36,314 nt of DNA from a virus. A program made the position numbers and the translations under genes. The stretch is taken from the IMG/VR virus record IMGVR_UViG_3300009702_000017, positions 1-36,314 of that record; one strand, 5' to 3'. This document shows, piece by piece, positions 26,793 to 33,022 of this stretch (the stretch's first letter is position 1; each line of letters opens with the position of its first letter). The notes beneath the pieces are model-generated. The model did no database searches. It was not told the DNA's origin and saw only the letters and a program-made list of their open reading frames with translations.

Positions 26793-26951
26793 ATGGCACG
26801 CGAGAAGGGCCTTGACCCTAACCGTCCTACCAGGGACATGAACATCGCCGCACTCATCAACGGTGCTACGAAGAGCGGCGTCCACAAGGATCGTCGCAAG
26901 GAAGCTAACCGGCGTGCTTGCCGAGGCCGGTGGCATGACAACTATCGGTAA
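26793..26951 (+). CDS. Small basic protein
   Basis: MAREKGLDPNRP...KSGVHKDRRKEANRRACRGRW; start uncertain. Confidence 0.55.
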   Translation: MAREKGLDPNRPTRDMNIAALINGATKSGVHKDRRKEANRRACRGRWHDNYR

Positions 26952-26971
26952 ACTCAAACCAGGAGAAAAGC

Positions 26972-27358
26972 ATGCGAATTTCGCGAGAAGAGACCAAGAA
27001 GCGTGAAGCAATCGTCCGTAACCTGTTCCGGGATAACCCGGCCCTGAGTGGCCCCGCTGCCAATCAGGCCCTCTACGAGACAGTGGGGGCGAAGATGAAC
27101 ACGAGGCGGTTGTACGAGCTGCGGACGGAGGTCCGCAAGGACTTGGCTCTGGCCAGTGTCAAGGGGCAGGACATCCCCTTCGATGCCCCCGAGACCCCTG
27201 TGACGAAGACCAACGAGACCCCTGTGACGGAGACCGCTGGTCCCGTGGCGGCTGCCGCTGCCGGTGTCACCGGCCTGGGTGCTCCCGCTGCCAGTGTGGA
27301 CGACGACGAGGAGATCCCTCAGCTGAGCCTGCCTGTGCGCGAGGCTGGCCGACTCTGA
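26972..27358 (+). CDS. Hypothetical protein with helical N-terminus and acidic low-complexity tail
   Basis: AGGAG RBS; strongly G/C-ending codons; internal repeat CGAGACCCCTGTGACG x2. Confidence 0.75.
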   Translation: MRISREETKKREAIVRNLFRDNPALSGPAANQALYETVGAKMNTRRLYELRTEVRKDLALASVKGQDIPFDAPETPVTKTNETPVTETAGPVAAAAAGVTGLGAPAASVDDDEEIPQLSLPVREAGRL

Positions 27359-27451
27359 ACCGCCATCGAGGCCGCCCAGCATGCCCGGGCCAAGCTGGAG
27401 ACCATTCTGTCCATCGAGTTCTAGTAGTTAGACCGGTGGGGGCCGGGCCGG

Positions 27452-27491
27452 AACCGGGGACTGGGCTCATTCGGCCCTTTCCCCGGTTTTT
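27452..27491 (+). terminator. Probable rho-independent terminator
   Basis: AACCGGGGA...TCCCCGGTT stem with inner GGGC/GCCC pairing, followed by a T run. Confidence 0.7.
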
Positions 27492-27494
27492 CTA

Positions 27495-27523
27495 TTGACA
27501 CCACGTTTACTTTGATGTAGGAT
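27495..27523 (+). promoter_or_regulatory. Sigma70-type promoter for the tRNA cluster
   Basis: TTGACA-17 nt-TAGGAT. Confidence 0.8.
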
Positions 27524-27699
27524 GCTCCCATGTTTGAGATCACTCCACCAGAAAGCACCCTAAGCCTGGACCTGCTGTCGGAGCGGCAATGAAGTACCTC
27601 CAGGAGCTTCTGAACAAGCACAAATCTATCTCCAAGCACAGGTTGCTGAATCTTGGGGTTGCATTGGCAGGGAAGTTCAAGTAGAATAGCAGTACCAGT

Positions 27700-27783
27700 G
27701 GCCTTCTGGTGGAATTTGGTAGACACACCTGATTCAAAATCAGGCGCCCCTAGGGCATCCCGGTTCGATCCCGGGGAGGGCCA
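27700..27783 (+). tRNA. trnL: tRNA-Leu(CAA)
   Basis: GGCCTTC/GAGGGCC acceptor, CCTGA-TTCAAAA-TCAGG anticodon arm, long variable arm, TTCGATC T-loop, A73; CCA not encoded. Confidence 0.93.
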
Positions 27784-27784
27784 A

Positions 27785-27862
27785 TCCCCTGTAGCAGAAT
27801 TGGCATATGCGCTGGACTTAAAATCCGGGTCATTGTGGGTTCGAATCCCATCAGGGGTACCA
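27785..27862 (+). tRNA. trnL: tRNA-Leu(TAA), short variable loop
   Basis: CTGGA-CTTAAAA-TCCGG anticodon arm, GTGGG-TTCGAAT-CCCAT T arm, A73 plus encoded CCA; T1:T72 mismatch. Confidence 0.88.
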
Positions 27863-27872
27863 ATCGAATAAC

Positions 27873-27957
27873 GGGAGCGTGGCGAAACTTGGTAGACGCA
27901 CCAGACTTAGGATCTGGTGGCCGAAAGGTCGTGGGGGTTCGAGCCCCCCCGCTCCTA
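27873..27957 (+). tRNA. trnL: tRNA-Leu(TAG)
   Basis: GGGAGCG/CGCTCCT acceptor, CCAGA-CTTAGGA-TCTGG anticodon arm, GGCC-GAAA-GGTC variable arm, A73; CCA not encoded. Confidence 0.93.
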
Positions 27958-27979
27958 CTCACAAACACAGGAGAGAGCA

Positions 27980-28213
27980 ATGAAGGGTACAGTGATCATT
28001 AACAGAGGCTCAGACGAAAAATCCATATGCGTGTTCGCAGGGATGGACCATATTGGCAAGCAGCGAATCCATAGGGTGTTCACGTTCCACCAAGAGGATG
28101 AATACCCGATCGAACAGTTCGTTCCAGGCGCCATCGCTCCATATCCAGAGTGGGAATTCCATCTCAATGACTTTCACAACCCCATCGTAGAAGTCGCAAT
28201 GGGAACACAGTGA
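27980..28213 (+). CDS. Hypothetical protein (77 aa)
   Basis: ATG 27980 after AGGAG; the longer ORF-track start falls inside the tRNA. Confidence 0.7.
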   Translation: MKGTVIINRGSDEKSICVFAGMDHIGKQRIHRVFTFHQEDEYPIEQFVPGAIAPYPEWEFHLNDFHNPIVEVAMGTQ

Positions 28214-28301
28214 CCTATCGAGTAGGTGCCTGGAAGTGGGTAGATTTCAATAGTGAAGAGGGCTGGAAGTACCGGGAAGAGAGGGGTATCGAGTGATGAA
28301 C

Positions 28302-28359
28302 AAGGAACAAAAATGATTGTCATACACCACATCAACGGAACCGAAATCTATACCAGCCA
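28302..28359 (+). repeat. 58-bp exact dispersed repeat, partner of 452..509
   Basis: Direct sequence comparison. Confidence 0.95.
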
Positions 28360-29353
28360 AGCAACTACTAACGTCAAGAAGGCTCTTGAGGAGGGAGTCA
28401 AGAAGGGAGTTCCTTTCGAGGGTGCCAATCTGGAAGGTACCTATCTGGCTGGTGCCAATCTGACTGATGCCAATCTGACTAATGCCAATCTGGCCAGTGC
28501 CAATCTGGTTGGTGCCAATCTGACTGGTGCCGATCTGACTGGTGCCGATCTGAAGTATGCCAATCTGGAGGGTGCCTATCTGGCTGGTGCCAATCTGGCC
28601 AGTGCCAATCTGGTTGGTGCCAATCTGAAGAATGTCGATCTGGAAGCTGCCTATCTGAAGGGCACCAATCTGACTGGTGCCGATCTGACTGGTGCCGATC
28701 TGAAGTATGCCAATCTGGAGGGTGCCTATCTGGCTGGTGCCAATCTGGCTAGTGCCAATCTGGAAGGTGCCGATCTGAAGAATGTCAATCTGGCCAGTGT
28801 CGATCTGGCCAGTGCCGATCTGACTGGGGCCTATCTGGTTGGTGCCAATCTGAAGAATGCCAATCTGGAAGCTGCCTATCTGAAGGGTGCCGATCTGAAG
28901 TATGCCAATCTGAAGTATGCCAATCTAAAGGGTGCCGATCTGGATGGTGCCAATCTGAAGGGTATCAATCTGGAAGGTGCCGATCTGATTGGTACCGATC
29001 TGGCCGGCACCAATCTGACTAACGCTATTCTGATTGGTGCCGATCTGGATGGTGCCAATCTGAAGAATGCCAATCTGGCCGGTGCCGATCTGGAAGGTGC
29101 CAATCTGGTCAGTGCCGATCTGACTGGTGCCTATCTGAAGAATGTCGATCTGGGTGGTGCCAATCTGAAGGGGGGCTATCTGGCTGGTGCCTATCTGGCT
29201 GGTGCCTATCTGGCTGGTGCCAATCTGGCTAGTGCCAATCTGGAAGGTGCCGATCTGAAGGGCGCCGATCTGACTGGTGCCAATCTGAAGAATGCCAATC
29301 TGACTGGTGCCGATCTGAAGAATGCCAATCTGGAAGGGTGCCTGCCTGCTTGA
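28313..29353 (+). CDS. Pentapeptide-repeat protein, copy B (346 aa)
   Basis: Start fixed by identity with copy A; about 60 A(N/D/Y)Lxx repeats encoded by a 15-bp unit resembling GGTGCCAATCTGNNN. Confidence 0.95.
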   Translation: MIVIHHINGTEIYTSQATTNVKKALEEGVKKGVPFEGANLEGTYLAGANLTDANLTNANLASANLVGANLTGADLTGADLKYANLEGAYLAGANLASANLVGANLKNVDLEAAYLKGTNLTGADLTGADLKYANLEGAYLAGANLASANLEGADLKNVNLASVDLASADLTGAYLVGANLKNANLEAAYLKGADLKYANLKYANLKGADLDGANLKGINLEGADLIGTDLAGTNLTNAILIGADLDGANLKNANLAGADLEGANLVSADLTGAYLKNVDLGGANLKGGYLAGAYLAGAYLAGANLASANLEGADLKGADLTGANLKNANLTGADLKNANLEGCLPA

Positions 29354-29468
29354 CTGATACCTGTCTGGACAGCCACCCGTCCCCTGTGGGAAGATGCCAA
29401 TCAACACCTTGGAGAAGTTGCTGAACATCAAGAGCATTCGTTTAGTTGAATCTGGACTACCGGAATGA

Positions 29469-29484
29469 TTTCTCGCTGTATACT
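29469..29484 (+). promoter_or_regulatory. Accessory-gene motif TTTCTCGCTG-TATACT
   Basis: Intergenic, upstream of the ACP-like gene; TATACT is -10-like. Confidence 0.6.
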
Positions 29485-29517
29485 AGTTAGAAGACAACCC
29501 CTCTGTAGGAGAACCAT

Positions 29518-29991
29518 ATGAAGAAGACTGGATTGTACATTGCCCTTTTCATAACCGTCGCTGGTATCTTGACGGCACTCACCGTGGCTGCCGGCATTGT
29601 CTGGCGGCCCCTCGCATTCATTGTGCTTGGGCTTACGAGCTTGCCAACTGTGCTGTGGGGTACTAACCAGATTGACACCAAGGTCTTTGGTGCCAACACG
29701 GCAGACCTTCCGACCACCACGCTGTTCCGAGATACCAAGGATCTTGTAGCCAACGCCCGCTTTGACGTGGAGCACACCGTCAAGGACATCGTTGGCGAGA
29801 TTGCTGGCCTACATGCCAGCGAAGTGCACCTAGAGCATACCCTGGCAACCGATCTGAAGCTCGGAGAGAAGGACATCCACGAAGTCCTGTTTACTGTCGA
29901 AGCAGAGCTTCGGGTTGAGGCGACCACCATCGACAAGGCAACCGTGAAGACAGTCGGAGACCTCGTGAACTGGGTAAAGACTCACATCTAA
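29518..29991 (+). CDS. Membrane-anchored acyl-carrier-protein-like protein lacking the DSL serine
   Basis: Two N-terminal hydrophobic helices. The C-terminal ~75 aa align by eye to AcpP (VKDIVGE..EV..E..L..DL...E...VE.E......KTVGDLVNWV), but DLGADSLD is replaced by DLKLGEKD. Confidence 0.75.
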   Translation: MKKTGLYIALFITVAGILTALTVAAGIVWRPLAFIVLGLTSLPTVLWGTNQIDTKVFGANTADLPTTTLFRDTKDLVANARFDVEHTVKDIVGEIAGLHASEVHLEHTLATDLKLGEKDIHEVLFTVEAELRVEATTIDKATVKTVGDLVNWVKTHI

Positions 29992-30012
29992 CAACCAAAA
30001 AGGACAAACCCA

Positions 30013-30046
30013 CCCACCTAGAGCATTCATTGTCTAGGTGGGTTTT
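30013..30046 (+). terminator. Probable terminator
   Basis: CCCACCTAGA-10 nt-TCTAGGTGGG-TTTT. Confidence 0.7.
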
Positions 30047-30076
30047 CATATCAGGAGAACGCAACGAAGAAGACAG

Positions 30077-30340
30077 TCTACAGGTATGGGTTACTTCTTG
30101 AAACTCACTGAAAGCTGTGGTGCGTTGGCCCTCCGTTCTTTTTCTGACGGCACCATCGGCGCAGGTGCAGCAAAAAAGATCCTACGTGCTCTACAAAGCA
30201 ACAAGCCCGTCTTCGAGCTTGGAACAGCGGAAGCTACTCGCTTCCTGGATGTGGAACAGACTCGGGCGAAGATCCGTGAGATTCGCCAGAATGCTCCTGA
30301 GCGTCCGCAATTGCAAATGCATCCCCATGATGAGGCTTGA
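30077..30340 (+). CDS. Hypothetical protein
   Basis: MGYFLKLTES...; its 3' end overlaps the convergent gene by ~107 bp, so boundaries are uncertain. Confidence 0.4.
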   Translation, partial: STGMGYFLKLTESCGALALRSFSDGTIGAGAAKKILRALQSNKPVFELGTAEATRFLDVEQTRAKIREIRQNAPERPQLQMHPHDEA

Positions 30341-30689
30341 ACCTATAAAGCTTCATAGGCTCCTCCTCAACGTGATTCATGACCGCTGGTGGTACAGGTC
30401 CATGTGGATCCATCCCAAGTGCCTTGAGATGTAGCTCGTACATGACGTGGTGCTTGCGTGCAGAATCCATGTCCCCCACTGAAAGTGCAGCCTTGTTCCC
30501 CCGATAGTGATGACTCGCGGCTGCGATGCGCTTGTTTCGAACGTAGTCCTCGTAAGCCTTTTCCTCTGCCTTGTCTCGGGGCATCTTGTGCCCAAACTCA
30601 TTCAAGGCAGCGTCACGTTCAAGTCCGTGAATGTGGTCCTGGTCTAGAATATCACGACCAAGCCATTGTCCTGGTACTAGCTTCTTCAT
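30234..30689 (-). CDS. Hypothetical head-module protein
   Basis: Coupled to the upstream gene; LERDAALNEF..KMPRDKAEEKAY helical motif. Confidence 0.7.
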   Translation of the reverse strand: MKKLVPGQWLGRDILDQDHIHGLERDAALNEFGHKMPRDKAEEKAYEDYVRNKRIAAASHHYRGNKAALSVGDMDSARKHHVMYELHLKALGMDPHGPVPPAVMNHVEEEPMKLYRFKPHHGDAFAIADAQEHSGESHGSSPESVPHPGSE

Positions 30690-31516
30690 TCACCCAACCC
30701 TACCGCTTCCATGAGTGTCTGTAGTGATTCTGTGTCCCACTTTTTACCAAAGCTCAACTGAACGCCCCCTTCCGTCTTCGTCAGCTTCACATCATCGGCA
30801 AGGTCACGGAAACAATAACATCCAACGAACTCACCCTTGCGAAACTGGGTAGAGCCACAGACTTCACATTCCACACTCATCCGTTCTTCGGATAGATTCA
30901 ATTTTGGAATGTGTGGCGTAACTGTTGGCTTTGGAGGCGCCTTTACACCAGCTGGCTTCGGTTGCGGGGGCTTCGGTTCCACGCCCTGCTTCTGTGGTGC
31001 CCATGGCTTCTCGGGTTCGGTGGGAGCCCTAGGGGCAGCCGCTTGACCCGGGAGATCCATCTTCTCTAGCTCGTCATCCTCTTCATCCTCTTTCTGGGTC
31101 TTCAGGACTTCGGCAAGGACATTAGTCTTCACCAGCAGGTCAATACTCTTTCCCAACTTGACTAAATCAACGTCCTTTACCGATCGGTCAAGTCGCTCAT
31201 GGCCATAGCCAATGCCAACAGCAACCACAGAAGCAACGTGTGCTAGACTGGCATCTGAGAACCGATAGAGGTCGTCGCCAATGGTAATCATGCCATCGTA
31301 CCCTGCTTCCGACTTCTTGAACTGAAGGAAGGTCTTTGATACTCCTGGAATCTGTCCCTCGAATGGGTGTAGCGCAGCTAGCTTCGTCCAGGACCAAACA
31401 ACACGGGGAAGAATAGCGTCGGCAAGCTCTGGCCTTGCGTCCAACGACTTGCGCAAAGCATTTGCCCCAGATTGGCCTACCGTGGCCAGCAAGAACTGAT
31501 ACTTAAGATCGTCCAT
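30686..31516 (-). CDS. Head-module protein with K-S/T/M motifs and a C-terminal Cys cluster
   Basis: LRKS, FKKS, LGKS, LVKT, LEKM, LTKT; CEVC-x11-CYC; CAATCTAT motif at 31526..31533 upstream. Confidence 0.75.
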   Translation of the reverse strand: MDDLKYQFLLATVGQSGANALRKSLDARPELADAILPRVVWSWTKLAALHPFEGQIPGVSKTFLQFKKSEAGYDGMITIGDDLYRFSDASLAHVASVVAVGIGYGHERLDRSVKDVDLVKLGKSIDLLVKTNVLAEVLKTQKEDEEDDELEKMDLPGQAAAPRAPTEPEKPWAPQKQGVEPKPPQPKPAGVKAPPKPTVTPHIPKLNLSEERMSVECEVCGSTQFRKGEFVGCYCFRDLADDVKLTKTEGGVQLSFGKKWDTESLQTLMEAVGLGE

Positions 31517-31533
31517 CCTTTCCCCATAGATTG

Positions 31534-32388
31534 CTAGCGTGGACCAAACGAACCATCGGGAGGTGCTTCAACGGCTCTTAGGTCTGTGGTGTTACTTCCA
31601 TCGGTCTTTCGATCGGCTGTCTCAAATACGTATTCACGCTGAATGATCATGCTCTGGGGAAAACGTTCCAGATGATCGGGAGCATCGCTATAGTGGTCCT
31701 TCACTCTTGCGACACGGATCTCGTGTAGTAAGTACTTCACGTAGAAGTAGGGACGATATAAGTACCTGATAGCATAGACACGACCTCTATTGTAGTCTGG
31801 ATCGATACCTGGATTATCCTTCCCGTCCCAGTGAATCATTCCGTCTTTGATACTAAAGTCTTGTCGTGAATACCTAACCCCCCTATTGTCTACAATGTCC
31901 TGAACTTCCACAACTGGGAACTTGAGCCTATCGTATCCAGATGGATTGTGCTCCACCAAATGCCATGTAGGCACTACAATGGACTCGTCTTTGAGATACA
32001 GCCGATCGAACGGAGCAATGTAGATGAAGTCTTCAGTACCCTCATAAGTACGAGGTATATTCAGCTGTGCCGAGTCCCCGTAGAGGAGTCCAATATCTAC
32101 AAGCTCCGCAAGCTTGTTGTTTCCACTCATGTACCCAATGACAGTTCCAGCGTTCGTATACATAAACCCATTGGAACAGTTCTCGTGACCCTCGTGCCCT
32201 TCTGGGCGTCTGAACTCATCCTTGTCGATGATGCCGATAGGACAACGCATCGCCTTCCAGTGAACGAACTCAATACCCTGCGCTTTAATAAAGTCATCAA
32301 AGGCATGCGGATCCATGTCAATGGATTCACCTCGGGGAAACTGAGTGTTGACAGAGTTTCCAGATGGCCTGTAGGCGCGAGGGGACAT
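31534..32388 (-). CDS. Head-closure / neck-like virion protein
   Basis: FDDFIKAQG.EFVHWKAMRCP...C.NGF, FDRLYL and YAIRYLYRP.F.V..L.HEIR motifs resemble SPO1/Twort-type neck proteins. Confidence 0.65.
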   Translation of the reverse strand: MSPRAYRPSGNSVNTQFPRGESIDMDPHAFDDFIKAQGIEFVHWKAMRCPIGIIDKDEFRRPEGHEGHENCSNGFMYTNAGTVIGYMSGNNKLAELVDIGLLYGDSAQLNIPRTYEGTEDFIYIAPFDRLYLKDESIVVPTWHLVEHNPSGYDRLKFPVVEVQDIVDNRGVRYSRQDFSIKDGMIHWDGKDNPGIDPDYNRGRVYAIRYLYRPYFYVKYLLHEIRVARVKDHYSDAPDHLERFPQSMIIQREYVFETADRKTDGSNTTDLRAVEAPPDGSFGPR

Positions 32389-32693
32389 TATTTACTCCGT
32401 TGACGCATGAGATCCGTGAGCATGGTATACTGGGGAATCAGCGGCTTGATGATCTCAAAGGGAACGAAGTCGCTCTTCTCCAGGTCATCAAACTCCAGGT
32501 CCGGATCCTTCTTCTCTGCGATGTATCGACTGATGGCTCGATGAGGCCCTGTACCCAGGATCTCAACCTTCCCCTTGTCTGACTTGGCAACCATGTATAA
32601 ACCACCTGTGGTGGCGATCTCGTATACAGGGGTGCCCTTGGAGTTACCTACTTGCTTCTTGTACCTGATAAGTGCCTTGTTCGCGAGGTCCAT
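32388..32693 (-). CDS. Hypothetical head-module protein (101 aa)
   Basis: TAATG coupling; DLEKSD motif; CAATCTAT at 32714..32721 upstream. Confidence 0.75.
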   Translation of the reverse strand: MDLANKALIRYKKQVGNSKGTPVYEIATTGGLYMVAKSDKGKVEILGTGPHRAISRYIAEKKDPDLEFDDLEKSDFVPFEIIKPLIPQYTMLTDLMRQRSK

Positions 32694-32797
32694 GCTGCCG
32701 CCTTTCTCCCCCTATAGATTGTGTACCCGACACATGTGGAGAATCCCTACCTTGCCTAAAAACACCCACAAGTGCTTACCTTGCGATCGGGGGAAAC

Positions 32798-33022
32798 ATG
32801 GACAAGACTGCTAGAACCGAAGAAGCTCAACAGGCTTGGAGAGAGGCGCAGCGACAAGCGTACCAATGTACGCTGGCAATCGTGACCGCCAAGACCCGCG
32901 ACGAAGAACTGGAGGCGCGTGAGCGCTACGACAAGTCCCTACACGACCTTTCGGTCACCAAGAGCTTGTTCGATTCCTCGCGGACCCGTGACAAGGCTTT
33001 AGGCCACCCCATGGAAGCCTAG
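32798..33022 (+). CDS. Small helical protein antisense within the head block
   Basis: ATG after GGGGG; shares a CTAG stop overlap with 33019..34377. Confidence 0.6.
   Translation: MDKTARTEEAQQAWREAQRQAYQCTLAIVTAKTRDEELEARERYDKSLHDLSVTKSLFDSSRTRDKALGHPMEA

Noticed and set aside
27700-27957. tRNA as a prophage attachment site
   Set aside because: No integrase and no duplicated tRNA 3' end were seen; phage genes lie on both sides.
27653-27980. ORFs 27653..27871, 27750..27980 and the 5' part of 27917..28213
   Set aside because: They overlap the tRNA genes.
510-28301. Inversion between the inverted pentapeptide genes as the cause of the split tail/head orientation
   Set aside because: Flipping this segment would not place the chaperone/TMP genes after the tube gene, and it would break the co-oriented head block. 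No recombinase is seen.
360-28450. Diversity-generating retroelement TR/VR pair between the two pentapeptide genes
   Set aside because: Differences include C/T and G/A changes in both directions rather than adenine-only changes, both copies are coding, and no reverse transcriptase is in the window.
28420-29340. CRISPR array or non-coding tandem repeat
   Set aside because: The 15-bp period has no unique spacers and is the coding pattern of a pentapeptide protein. The antisense ORFs (89..325, 28876..29103, 28925..29437, 29206..29400) are shadows of it.
27700-29353. Leu tRNAs dedicated to the neighbouring Leu-rich pentapeptide gene
   Set aside because: That gene uses CTG almost exclusively, not TTG, TTA or CTA.
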